From Eledone cirrhosa (Eukaryota), in assembly GCA_964016885.1 (NCBI GenBank), contig OZ024765.1, positions 6,200,001 to 6,264,000 on the forward strand: a stretch of DNA of 64,000 bases. The letters are read 5' to 3'. Shown piece after piece: positions 1-13,740 of this stretch; positions within the stretch are counted from its first letter, which is position 1, and the number at the start of each line of letters is the position of its first letter. A model generated the notes under the pieces. That model made no database searches. It saw only the letters and a program-made list of their open reading frames with translations, and had not been told where the DNA came from. The position numbers and the translations under genes were made by a program.

Positions 1-514
1 AACGGGATGGAAGAAGTTTAGGGAACTACTACCACTGCTAGCTGCAAAAGGCTTCTCCCTCAGAATGAAAGGCAGACTGTATGATGCGTGTATCCGAACA
101 GCGATGTTGCATGGTAGTGAGACCTGGGCGCTGAAGGTGGAAGACTTACGTAGATTAGAGAGAAACGAAGCCTGCATGCTCCGATGGATGTGTAACAGTA
201 ATATACGTGAACGACAAAGCATAAATGAATTGAGAGAGAGACTGAGCATAAGAGGAATCAAATGCTGCGTGCAGGAGAGGCGGTTACGCTGGTATGGACA
301 TGTGATGCGTATGAAGGATGACAGCTGCATAAAAAGGTGCAGAGCACTAGAAGTTGATGGAAACCGCGGAGTGGGGAGACCCAAGATGACTTGGGATGAG
401 GTGATAAAAGCCGACCTTACCCAACTACACCTCTCAAAGTCAATGACACACGACCGTGACTTCTGGCGTCACGCAGTAATACAGGGTACCCGACCTCCCA
501 TGGGTACATGCTGA
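1..514 (+). mobile_element. RTE-clade LINE, 3' end of RT ORF (5' truncated at window edge)
   Basis: LYDACIRTAMLHGSETW...ERRLRWYGHVMRM...RGVGRPKMTW: typical RTE C-terminal motifs. Confidence 0.9.
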
Positions 515-548
515 AGCATATAAACAATATGCCCCCCCCCCCCCACCG

Positions 549-815
549 CAAGGTGGTCGTGGAGGTGCCACGGCAAAAAAGCACCCAGCCCACACTGTAA
601 AGTGGACGTGTGGGCGCCACGAAAAAGCACCCAGCACTCACTGTAAATGAGGTTGGTGTTAGGAAGGGCATCCAGCTGTAGAAATCAAGCCAGATCAGTT
701 CCTGTATGAGCAAGGCATGGTCAGCCGACCAGACACTGCCCACAACAGGACAACCCGTCTAACCCATGCTAGCGTGGAAGAACGGACGTAAAACGGTGAT
801 GATGATGATGATGAT
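549..815 (+). mobile_element. 5'-truncated SINE / RTE-tailed element ending in (GAT)n
   Basis: Shares GTTGGTGTTAGGAAGGGCATCCAGCTGTAGAAA core and CCCATGCTAGCGTGGAA..GGACGT-(GAT)n tail with many copies in the window. Confidence 0.8.
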
Positions 816-822
816 GAATATA

Positions 823-1480
823 GTCATAGTGTTGTTTTGTAATAAATATTTATAGTATCTTTACTGGTGGACAGATTGTTGTGAAAATTTACAGTATTAC
901 AGTAAAGACTTTAATATTTAATGTGATGTAGTCATAGTGTTGTTTTGTAATAAATATTTATAGTATCTTTACTGGTGGACAGATTGTTGTGAAAATTTAC
1001 AGTATTACAGTAAAGACTTTAATATTTAATGTGATGTAGTCCTAGTGTTGTTTTGTACTAAATGTTTATAGTATTTTTACTGGTGGACAGATTGTTGTGA
1101 CAATTTACAGTATTACAGTAAAGACTTTAATATTTAATGTGATGTAGTCATAGTGTTGTTTTGTACTAAATGTTTATAGTATCTTTACTGGTGGACAGAT
1201 TGTTGTGAATATTTACAGTATTAGGGTTAAGACTTTAATATTTAATGTGATGTAGTCATAGTGTTGTTTTATACTAAATGTTTCTAGTATCTTTACTACT
1301 TTGCAGTATTATATCTTAACACCCTGTTATGATTTAGAGGAAAATATCTAAAAACATGTTTGTTAATTCAAATGTTTATTATAGTCTTCACTAGTAGACA
1401 GGTTGTTGAGAAAATTTACAGTATTAGAGTAAAGATTTTAATGTTTAATGTGATGTAGTCATAGTGTTGTTTTGTACTCT
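823..1480. repeat. 108-bp tandem repeat (~4.5 good copies plus degenerate copy)
   Basis: GTCATAGTGTTGTTTTGT recurs at 823, 931, 1039, 1147, 1255. Confidence 0.9.
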
Positions 1481-1589
1481 TCACAAATGCATTTCTAATG
1501 TGGCTTCATCTGGTACAGGATGTTATGAGTTGAATATAATAACCACTCCAACATATTTTACTGGTTTCAGTCATTAAATTGTAGCTACG

Positions 1590-2055
1590 ACTTTCATTAG
1601 AAATATGGTAATGAAAGGTTTAAAGACATAGATAGTGTCTTTCATTAGAAATATGGTAATGAAAGGGTTAAAGACATAGGCAGTGTCTTTTATTAGAAAT
1701 ATGGTAATGAAAGGGTTGAAGACATAGGCAGTGTCTTTCATTAGAAATATGGTAATGAAAGGGTTAAAGACATAGGTAGTGTCTTTCATTAGAAATATGG
1801 TAATGAAAGGGTTGAAGACATAGGCAGTGTCTTTCATTAGAAATATGGTAATGAAAGGGTTAAAGACATAGGTAGTGTCTTTCATTAGAAATATGGTAAT
1901 CAAAAAGTTAAAGACATAGGCAGTGTCTTTCTTTAGAAATATGATAACAAAAGGGTTAATGACATAGGTAGTATCTTCCATTAGAAATATGGTAACGAAA
2001 GGGTTAAAGACATAGACAGGGTCTTTCTTTAGAAATATGGTAACGAAAGGGTTAC
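1590..2055 (-). repeat. 48-bp minisatellite containing a TTAACCCTTT (piggyBac-like end) motif
   Basis: About 9-10 units; same unit as 62507-63090 in the opposite orientation. Confidence 0.9.
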
Positions 2056-2245
2056 AGGCAAATAATATTCGATGGCTTAGCATTAACATAATGGTAAGGT
2101 TCTAGAATTTTCTGTTTGGGGTATTGATCAGGTTTGGGTATATTGATCTGGCAAAACAGAATCAATAAATATTCTGTTTTTCTTCCGACCAATAGACAGG
2201 AATTCCTTTAGATGAGAGAAAATGGAAGAAAAAGAGTAAGAAATT

Positions 2246-2292
<47 letters not shown>

Positions 2293-2706
2293 GAGAGAGA
2301 GGATTAGAGAGAGAGGGGTGAGAGAGAGGATTAGAGAGAGAGGGGTGAGAGGGAGAGTATGAGATAGAAAGATAAGAATGGATTGGATAATAGATATATA
2401 GATTGATAAATATATATATACATATGTACATATATATATATAAGAGAGAGTGATTGAAAGGTAAGGTGAGAGAGAGGGGTGATGAATTGAAAGGTAGCAA
2501 GAGAGAGGGGGGAAATGAATTGGATGGTAGAGAGAGGAGAGGAGGAGTGAAGTGCAGGGAGGAGGTGAGAGTGAGAGTGGGAGAGTGAAGTGCAGGGAGA
2601 AGGAGGAGAGAGAGAGAGAGAGAGAGAGAGAAAGAAGGGCTATACTGTATGATTACCATAATGAGGGGCTGGAGACAGGAGAGAGGGGGGCTAAGGGGCT
2701 ATAGTG

Positions 2707-3310
2707 TTGTATTGTTTTATTGGTTTCAGTCATTAGACTGTGGCCATGCTGGGGCACTCTCTTGAAGGGATTTAGTCTTGTATTTACAGGTTTCAGTCAT
2801 TAGACTGTGGCCATGCTGGGGCACCACACTCTTGTATTGTTTTATTGGTTTCAGTCATCAGACTGTGGCCATGCTGGGGCACCACACTCTTGTATTGTTT
2901 TATTGGTTTCAGTCATTAGACTGTGGCCATGTTGGGGCACCACACTCTTGTATTGTTTTACTGGTTTCAGTCATCAGACTGTGGCCATGCTGGGGCACCA
3001 CACTCTTGTATTGTTTTATTGGTTTCAGTCATTAGACTGTGGCCATGTTGGGGCACCATACTCTTGTATTGTTTTACTGGTTTCAGTCATTAGACTGTGG
3101 CCATGCTGGGGCACCACACTCTTGTATTGTTTTACTGGTTTCAGTCATCAGACTGTGGCCATGCTGGGGCACCACACTCTTGTATTGTTTTACTGGTTTC
3201 AGTCATCAGACTGTGGCCATGCTGGGGCACCACACTCTTGTATTGTTTTACTGGTTTCAGTCATTAGACTGTGGCCATGCTGGGGCACTGTCTTGAAGGG
3301 ATTTAGTCTT
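2707..3310. repeat. 58-bp tandem repeat, probably TE-derived
   Basis: TATTGTTTTAYTGGTTTCAGTCATYAGACTGTGGCCATGCTGGGGCACCACACTCTTG, about 9-10 copies. Confidence 0.9.
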
Positions 3311-3673
3311 GAGAACAACAATTTTTAGTCTTTGAGAGCAACAATTTTTCCAGACATTATCATCATCATCATCATGAGGACTTTAAAGGCATCTGACTTG
3401 AAATGACTGAGTGCATTTGAATTGTCAAACACGTGACATCGAGGTCAATCAGTGGAAAGTGGGTTGTTAATAAGACAGCGGCCAGCCTACTATTAACAAC
3501 CCACTTTCCACTGATTGACCTCGATGTCACGTGTTTGATTCTTTTTGAATTTGCCACGGACACAGAGGCAGTGATTTTCTCAATGGCTAGGATTTCAGTC
3601 CACGCTTTGAGATTTATTTTTTTAATAAGCTTCCAGAGTCCTCGCTTTGCCTGGAGACTTATATGAGAATAGA

Positions 3674-3753
3674 CTTTCCTGATGACGGGATGATTCTCTA
3701 CACCTTCTTCGGAAGATGTATTTACTCCATTCCAGAAACTAATTAGTTGGAAG
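3674..3753 (+). ncRNA. Type I hammerhead ribozyme motif with long stem II
   Basis: CTTTC-CTGATGA-[GGGATG...TACACCTTC-TTCG-GAAGATGTA...CATTCC]-GAAA-CTAATTAG-TT-GGAAG. Stem I CTTTC/GGAAG, palindromic stem III, predicted cut after 3748. Confidence 0.75.
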
Positions 3754-3889
3754 TGATATTTTAGTAAGTAAGTTAATTTTATAATTTTCTTATTTTACGT
3801 CTCTTATATTATTGTTCTGCAACCCCATGCATTGAACCACAATGTTATTAAGACAAAACCTATATATTTGCTAGCATTGATATGCATCT

Positions 3890-4915
<1,026 letters not shown>

Positions 4916-5371
4916 ACAATGGGTTGAGAAAAATTGATAGAAATTTGACTTCAGGTATTGATTTTTTCCGTATATATTTTTTGTTCTTTATCTCAACCGG
5001 GGAGACTTAGTTTCTCAATAAATATAGATTGTTAGAATGTATCCCAGACTAAGCACGGGGGAGGAGGTATGGGTAGGTGTGTAGAGGGTTGTAGGAGTGT
5101 GTGGGACAGGGAAGGGGGGTCCCATGTAAGCGACTAACTCCAGACCCATAAAGGAGTCGTTGCTCCTACTAGCAGGAACACGGTCCAATACCGAAAACCA
5201 ATAACAGTGTCGACATCTTCGTTTTCTTCTTCTCTACTTCTTTCATTTCTCCTTCTTGTTCTTCTCTTACCCTTCTGCCTTCTTAAACCTCCTTTTTCTG
5301 CTTTCTTCCTCTTTTCTTCTTCTTCCTCTTCTTCCTTCTTTTTCTCCTTCTCTTACTTATATATATATATA

Positions 5372-5660
5372 TCATCATCATCATCATCATCGTTTAACGT
5401 CCATCTTCCACGCTAGCATGGGTTTGGACGGGAATTTTCCCACTTGAGGCAAGATTGGTTGTCTTGCTCGCATAGGACTGTCTGGCGGGTTTTCTACGGC
5501 TGGATGCCCTTCCTAACACCAACCACGTTTACAGTATGAACTGGGAGGTTTTTACCGTGTTACCTACACGGCCACATTACAGCGTGGACTGTGTTTTTTT
5601 GTCGTGGCACCTACACGACCTCATTTGTTTCGGACTGGATGTTGTGGTACCAACATAACA
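5372..5660 (-). mobile_element. RTE-tailed non-autonomous element (family also at 11370-11657, 13860-14168, 28245-28440, 33045-33900, 39725-39930)
   Basis: Near-identical ~290-bp body with AGGAAGGGCATCC core and (GAT)n tail. Confidence 0.8.
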
Positions 5661-6125
5661 TATATATATATATATATATATATGGTACAAACATAACATA
5701 TATATATATATATATATATGGTACCAACATAACATATATATATATATATGGTACCAACATAACATATATATATATATATATATATGGTACCAACATAACA
5801 TATATATATATATATATATATATGGTACCAACATAACATATATATATATATATATATGGTACCAACATAACATATATATATATATATATATGGTACCAAC
5901 ATAACATATATATATATATATATATATGGTACCAACATAACATATATATATATATATATATGGTACCAACATAACATATATATATATATATATATGGTAC
6001 CAACATAACATATATATATATATATATATGGTACCAACATAACATATATATATATATATATGGTACCAACATAACATATATATATATATATATATGGTAC
6101 CAACATAACATATATATATATATAC
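5645..6125. repeat. Compound minisatellite GGTACCAACATAACA-(TA)n, ~15 units
   Basis: The unit is the end of the adjacent element plus a variable TA run. Confidence 0.92.
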
Positions 6126-6661
6126 ACACACATATATATCAGATAGGGTGTGGTAAAAACCAACTAGACCATAACCCACCAGAGTAATCAATACTTGGGC
6201 TGGAGCTCAGTTGTCGAGGTTCTGAATCTATTCCCTCTCTGCTAGTCACCTTCTCTCTCCGCTAGCTCACATCCTCCCCCGTCCGCCACTGTAAGCAGTC
6301 TCTTCTCTCGCTCACATGGCTACAGTGAAGACATGTCTTTTTTCTCTCATCAAACTCGACAGCACTTATGTTCGAAATGAGTTGTTGACTAGATATTTTT
6401 CCCCTCTTTTCTCTCTCTAGCCCCCTTTTTTTATCCCAATAACTTATTTTAGTTATTGTTCGCCCTAGGCTGAGGTATCTTGTCTCTAAGGCGAAGAAAT
6501 ACCTATGATTCCTAGCAGACAACCGTCCGGTTGTGGAACCAACCAACCAACCGGAAATTTATAAATTCTTAAATTTATAAATTTAATTTATAATAAATTG
6601 AAGTGAAAGCAACTGGTGCGTGTGTTTCTTATTGGCAACATGACCCTCCCAAAGTATAACA

Positions 6662-7342
<681 letters not shown>

Positions 7343-7480
7343 ACAGAGAGCCTGAACAAATAAGTCTAAGAAAATAGGACAAGAAAAAACAATCTCATCT
7401 GGAAGGACAGAAGAGCCATGATCCCCAATGTCTGGAACAGATCTGGCACTTGATGATGGTGATGATGATGATGATAATGA

Positions 7481-7872
7481 TGACCCTTACAGCCTATTTT
7501 GTAATATAAAATGTGAGTGGTGACCCTTACAATCTTTTCTGTATTATAAAATGTGAGAAATGACCCTTTCAATCTATTTTGTAATATAAAATGTGAGTGG
7601 TGACCCTTACAATCTTTTCTGTATTATAAAATGTGAGAAATGACCCTTTCAATCTATTTTGTAATATAAAATGTGAGTGGTGACCCTTACAATCTTTTCT
7701 GTATTATAAAATGTGAGAAATGACCCTTTCAATCTATTTTGTAATATAAAATGTGAGTGGTGACCCTTACAATCTTTTCTGTATTATAAAATGTGAGAAA
7801 TGACCCTTTCAATCTATTCTGTAATATAAAATGTGAGAAATGACCCTTACCATCTTTTTTGTAATATAAAAT
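7481..7872 (-). repeat. 40-bp (alternating, 80-bp dimer) tandem repeat spanning the exon 2 splice donor
   Basis: TGACCCTT(A/T)C recurs every 40 bp from 7481 to 7841; the last unit is the real exon/intron junction. Confidence 0.93.
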
Positions 7873-8081
7873 TTCCACTTGTTTTTCTTCAGATCCTTGT
7901 ACAGCTTCTTTGATCTGTACAATTGCGTAGGCATTTGTTAGTGGGCCATGAAGGAAGTCACACAAGCACGATTTTTGCATGACCTCTGCCCGTGAATATC
8001 CTGTCAGCTCACAAAATCCATCATTACAAAAGATGATGGGAATATTTTCAACCTGAGCATTGGCGATCAAGAACTTTCGAT
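7851..8081 (-). CDS. erg: erg-family K+ channel, exon 2 (PAS domain)
   Basis: ttttgcag acceptor, then (N)[48 protein letters not shown]...[14 protein letters not shown], then GTAAGG donor at 7850. 231 nt, strongly similar to the KCNH PAS domain. Exon 3 lies outside the window (<1). Confidence 0.96.
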
Positions 8082-8479
8082 CTGCAAAACAAATTTTAAA
8101 AAAATATTAGTATATTTAATAAATTTTAATATCTGACTGATAAGTATTTCAGAAAGCTGGTACAATGTGGTAGAAATATATAAAAGGTAGGGGATGACAC
8201 ACTTCTTCTGGCATCACATAATATTCTATGTGTACTTGTAGCTTATTTGCTATAAATATAATTAGATTAAAAAAAAAAAGACTCCTAGAAATACTAGCAA
8301 TATAGTTACATGAGTCCTTTCTTTTTTCCTTTAGTCCTTGCTCTTGCCCTTCTGGTATAGGATATAATGTGGCAATGGCAAATGAATGCCACAAGAATCA
8401 GTCAGTCGAACTCCCACTGTCATCGCTTCCATCTCTCTCTCCATATGGTCAGCAAATGGGGTCCCTCTTCTCTTTACAT

Positions 8480-8680
8480 ATCTAGGGTGGGTAAAATTCC
8501 CGAGATCCATGGACGAGTTCTCTCCAGTGGTCTCTGTCCCTCATTATCGCTGCCATGTCCTGTGTCTCCAACAGACCAGTGTCTGTCCTTAGGGCATCAA
8601 CATACGTTAACCTTGGTCTTCCTCTTCCAGTGTGTCCATGTAGGGGCTCCCACAGGAGCACTGAGTGCAATGTCAACTCC
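8480..8680 (-). mobile_element. RTE-like LINE 3' fragment
   Basis: LLWEPLHGHTGRGRPRLTYVDAL...SREFYPP*, near-identical to 40065-40460. Confidence 0.85.
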
Positions 8681-9034
8681 TTACATATACATAGATTAAA
8701 TAGCCCACTAACATAGGTTAAATAGTCCACTTAACATAGGTTAAATAGCTCACTAATGACCATGGGTTTTGCACCTAAGTACTGGGTACATTCTTTTGTA
8801 GAACTAGCACCACCACTTTACAGAGTGTACTGGGTGTATTTTATCTTGAAACCAACACACACACCATCTAGTGTGTGTGTATAGGGAAAGAGTCAGGACC
8901 CCGACGGCTGAGCTGTCGATACGGCCGGAGTTCAGCCGTCGGGGTCCTGACTCTTTTCCTATTACCCACTCTACTACCCAGTATCGAGTACTTTGATGTG
9001 TTATGGTCCACCTGGTTACTTACCACACTTCCTT

Positions 9035-9595
9035 CAGAGTGTACTGGGTGTATTTTATCGTGACACCAGCACTATCACTTTACAGAGCGTACTGGGTGTA
9101 TTTTATCTTGACACCAGCACTATCACTTTACAGAGTATACTGGGTGTATTTTATTGTGACACCAGTACCACCACTTTACAGAGTGGACTGGGTGTATTTT
9201 ATCATGTCAGCAGTATAACCACTTTACAGAGTGTACTGGGTACATTTTGTTGTGGCACCAACACTAACACTTTACAGAGTGGACTGGGTATATTTTATGA
9301 CACCAGCACTACTACTTTACAGTGTACTGGGTGTATTTTATCTTGACACCAGCAGTACAACTTTACAGAGTGTACTGGGTATATTTTATCTTGACACCAG
9401 CACTACAACTTTACAGAGTGTACTGGGTATATTTTATCATGACACCAGCACTACAACTTTACAGAGTGTACTGGGTATATTTTATCTTGACACCAGCACT
9501 ACAACTTTACAAAGTGTACTGGGTGTATTTTATCATGACACCAACACTGCCACTTTACAGAGTGTACTGGGTGTATTTTATCATGGCAGCAGCAC
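9035..9595 (-). repeat. Diverged 48-bp minisatellite of the same family as 19820-23195
   Basis: ACTTTACAGAGTGTACTGGGT unit, about 11 copies. Confidence 0.85.
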
Positions 9596-9997
9596 CTGAG
9601 AAGTTGCCAGAATGAAGACCCCCTCCCAAACCTCCAAATCTGTCCAAGTTTATTTTAATCACAATAAACGTTTACGATAAGAATTTCCTCTAATGGTTTA
9701 TCTAACTTAGAGTGTTCAATTAAGAGCAAGTGATCGATATAATAACGAGTTTATAAAATAACGAGCTATTGAACACACAAGAGAAGTAGACAATTATTAG
9801 TGGGGTTTAATCAAAAGATTATATTGAAATTTTAGAATTAATAATGATGATGTTTAAATAATCAATACTATAGAATAAAAGAACAGTAAAATGAATAATT
9901 TCTACATAATAAAGTATTTGGATGGAATAATTCAAACAAAGATATAATAATGACAATAATTATTATTCTTTGAGTCTCAGTCATTGATGTTATTTAA

Positions 9998-10224
9998 CCC
10001 TTTAGCATTCACATTACTCTATATATACTGTTGTATTTTTATGGTAAAGGCTTTATCCTACATAATATCTTACATACTATCGAGTCTATGAGATTTTGAT
10101 GTTATTTATTTTGAGAACACAAGTACCTTAACATAAGTATGAGTAGCAAATTACGACTGGTTTGAACAGAAAGAGGTGATATGGCCAGAAAGAGCCGGAT
10201 ATGGCCAGTTTAAATGCTAAAGGG
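9998..10224. mobile_element. piggyBac-type MITE with TTAA target-site duplication
   Basis: TTAA-CCCTTTAGCATT...AATGCTAAAGGG-TTAA. Related copies at 36610-36845, 35337-35616, 16130-17224. Confidence 0.88.
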
Positions 10225-10270
10225 TTAACTGGAAAGTTTGTTCAAATGAATATCAAGCCGCTACCTTCAG

Positions 10271-10582
10271 ACTCCATGAAATACCTTGTTGCCACCCATG
10301 CTGCATCATTACTGGTCTACCAAGATGTTGAGCTGCTGTGGGAGGCCAAAATGGACCACACCCCAGTGAAGGCGCATGGCTTAGTAGTTAGAGCATTGGG
10401 CTTGCAATCGCAAGTTTGTGAGTTCAATTCTCGGACCGGGTGATGTGTTGTTTCCTTGAGCAAGGCACTTTATTTCACGTTGCTCCAGTTTACTCAGCTG
10501 TAGAAATGAGATGATAGGACTGGGGTCCCTATCATTAAATCACCAAACAAACCCCAGTTCACATCTGTACAGGGTCATTTCA
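10271..10582 (+). pseudogene. BBS9/PTHB1-like exon interrupted by a SINE
   Basis: ccttcag acceptor; 10271-10367 + 10559-10582 rejoin in frame as SMKYLVATHAASLLVYQDVELLWEAKMDHTPVHICTGSF, then GTAAGT donor. Resembles recalled BBS9 LHIYQDVTLKWATQLPHIPVAVRVGCL. ACCCCAGT flanks the insert on both sides. Confidence 0.65.
10368..10536 (+). mobile_element. tRNA-derived SINE family 1, 3'-truncated
   Basis: A-box TGGCTTAGTAG, B-box GAGTTCAATTC, CORE-like CCTTGAGCAAGGCACTT. Confidence 0.85.
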
Positions 10583-10661
10583 GTAAGTAATCATCATAAA
10601 CCTTCCTCTTATAATTAGATCTGTGAAGGAACAATTTATGTATTTGTGAGTGTATAACAAT

Positions 10662-10853
10662 ATTGGCAGTAACGGTAGAGGGTTGGACGCCATGCTTTGC
10701 AGCATAGAGTTACGGCCCTTTACGGTCTGAGTTCAAATCCCACCGAGGTTAACTTTGCCTTTCATCCTTACGGGGTCGATAAAATAAAGTACCAGTAATA
10801 GACTGGGATAATTGCTGGCCTTGTGCCAAAAGTAGAAACAATTATTATTATTA
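10662..10853 (+). mobile_element. tRNA-derived SINE family 2 (also 11790-11936, 16284-16472, 23827-24007, 34133-34250, 42635-42765, 59131-59315)
   Basis: B-box GAGTTCAAATCC, conserved GCCTTTCATCCTTACGGGGTCGATAAAATAAAGTACCAG, (ATT)n tail. Confidence 0.85.
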
Positions 10854-10929
10854 TTCTTGGAGTCTGACATTGATGTTATTTAACTGGAAAGTTTGTTGAA
10901 ATGAATATCAAGCCGCTACCTTCAGCCTC

Positions 10930-11150
10930 AGATATTCAGAATGTATCGGAGGGTTCTTGCTGTTCCCAGCAAGCATGCTTTTTGAAGTGTTCCATCCCTG
11001 GAAACTCTTTGAGATATTTCCTTAGGACAACCTTGATCTCATGACAGTCCCAAATCCTTTTTAACTCCCACTTTAAATCCTGGTATCGGTAAATATTCTC
11101 CCTCTCCTTCTCTTGCACTCTCGTGTCAAACTGAGAACCAATACATGTAA
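10930..11150 (-). mobile_element. R4/NeSL-like LINE fragment (restriction-like endonuclease C-terminus), degenerate
   Basis: FDTRVQEKERENIYRYQDLKWELKRIWDCHEIKV resembles the K..KY.DL..E...W motif of RLE-type LINEs. Confidence 0.7.
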
Positions 11151-12587
11151 TTTTACCTCGAATGTTTGGTTGGGGTTCTTGTATATATATATATATATAT
11201 TTACACCTCTCCAAGACAATGTCACTGGACCGAGACCTTTGGCGGTACTCAGTAATAGAGAAGACCCGCCTTACCTAAATACAAAGTAAAACCTACTACA
11301 GTCAGTAGGCATCTCTAACAAAATACACCCCTGTCCCACCACCCCGACCCCATGCACACCGCCCCTTTCAATGTAAAGTTATGTTGGTGCCACAACATCC
11401 AGGCCGAAACAAATGAGATCGTGTAGGGGTCACGACAAAAAAACACACAGTCCACGCTGTAATGTGGCCGTGTAGGCAACACGGTAAAAACCTCCCAGCC
11501 CCACACTGTAAATGTGGTTGGTGTTAGGAAGGGCATCCAGCTGTAGAAAACCCGCCAGACAGTCCTATGCGAGCAAGACAATCACTCTTGCCTCAAGTGG
11601 GACTACCCCCGTCCAAACCCATGCAAGCGTGGAACACGGACGTTAAACGATGATGATATATATGTGTGTGTGTGTGTGTTTGTGTATTTATGTATATATA
11701 TATATATGTGTGTGTGTGTTTGTGTATTTATGTATATATATATATATATATGTGTGTGTGTTTGTGTATTTATGTATATATATATATAATCGACTGGTAC
11801 TTTTTTTATATTGACCTCGAAAGGATGAAAGGCAAGGTTGACCTCGGCAGGAGTTGAACTCAGAGAACAGAGTCCCCGAAATAGATACCATACAGCATTC
11901 TATCCAACGTTTTAACGTCTTTGCCATTTCACCGCCTTCATAAACAATAGACAGGAGTGAAAAAGAAAGCCATCTTCAAGACAAAGCAGAGGAAACACTA
12001 CCCTAGATATACCAGTATTTACTCCATTAAGAATTCAACTTGAGGATTTTGGAAAATGTTAAGAAGTAACTTGAAGATCAAATGCCAATTTTATTCAGTT
12101 ATAAGAAGATTCCAGCGTTTCATTTCAATATTTATTTTTATTATTGTTGTTGTTGTTGTTGTTACTATTATTGATGCTGTTGTTGTTACTATTATTGTTA
12201 TTATTATTATTTATTTGTTTCATTTGATATTTTTGTGCCATTTTTCTACTTTTAATTCTTCATTTTACACTAAAGCATTGGTCTTCCATGACACAAAATG
12301 TGGTTGGCATCAGATTTAAAACACACACACACATATATATATATATAAATATATATACATACATACATTATATATACATACATAATATACATATATATAT
12401 GTATATATATATATACACACACACATATACATATACATACAAAATATACATATATATATGTATATATATACACGCACACATATACATATACATACACACA
12501 CATATACGTACGTACATATATATACATACATATATATATCATCATCATCATCATCATACATCCGCTCTTCCCTGCTTGCAAGGGTGG

Positions 12588-12633
<46 letters not shown>

Positions 12634-12718
12634 CACATATATATATATACGTACAAACAAACATATATATATATATACATAAATACACAAACACACACAT
12701 ATATACATAAATACACAA

Positions 12719-12749
<31 letters not shown>

Positions 12750-12874
12750 CGTACATACATATATATATATACATAAATACACAAACACACACATATATAT
12801 ACATAAATACACAAACACACACACATATATACATAAATACACAAACACACACACATATATACATAAATACACAA

Positions 12875-12916
<42 letters not shown>

Positions 12917-12962
12917 GTACATACATATATATATACATACATATATATACATAAATACACAA

Positions 12963-13005
<43 letters not shown>

Positions 13006-13018
13006 CATAAATACACAA

Positions 13019-13065
<47 letters not shown>

Positions 13066-13110
13066 ATAGAATACTATTAGCTTCTCGCTAAAACAATCTC
13101 TATACCTTTC

Positions 13111-13181
<71 letters not shown>

Positions 13182-13704
13182 AGAACCCCAACCAAAAATT
13201 CAAGGTAAAATTACATGTATTGGTTCTCAGTTTGTATAGCTTCATATTTTGGTAAATGTTAGAGGGAGGGTGACAAGAACTTACAATGCAGCTCACTCCA
13301 TTATCAAAGTATCGAACTAATAACATTATGACAATTTCCTTAAAAGTGTTTATTACATATATAACGTTTCATTGGTATCATATGGAACTGTGTGTATATA
13401 CAATATTTTCGTATTTAGATACTAGCATTATCATAATTCATATACATACACATATGCATGTATGTAAAATGATGATGATGATGATGATGATGATATATAG
13501 TAATAATAATAAATTTGAAGATTAAAATCCAAAGAGGGCTCGATAAGGATAAATATATCAAATATATATGAACCCTAGAGCAAAGCAAAAAAAATTTCAA
13601 TGGTACAAAAGATTTCCTGGTGGAAGTTCAGGTACACTCCGGGTTGGTATCCAGTTTTGGGGTGAAAATCCAAGTCCCCTCAATCTATCTTATTTCTCAT
13701 TCTT

Positions 13705-13740
13705 TCTTCCGATGAAGGACTAGTGTCAGAAACGTTAAGA
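13705..13740 (+). ncRNA. Degenerate minimal hammerhead (family D) in a Penelope-pLTR-like repeat
   Basis: TCTT-CCGATGA-AGGAC-TAGT-GTCA-GAAACGTT-AAGA; homologous to 63788-63822 and 46158-46203. Confidence 0.6.

Noticed and set aside
5645-6125. CRISPR-like repeat/spacer appearance
   Set aside because: The spacers are only (TA)n runs; eukaryotic context and no cas genes.
7729-8070. ORF-track 113-aa ORF as a standalone gene
   Set aside because: It is erg exon 2 read through the donor into the 40-bp repeat, and it starts at TTG.
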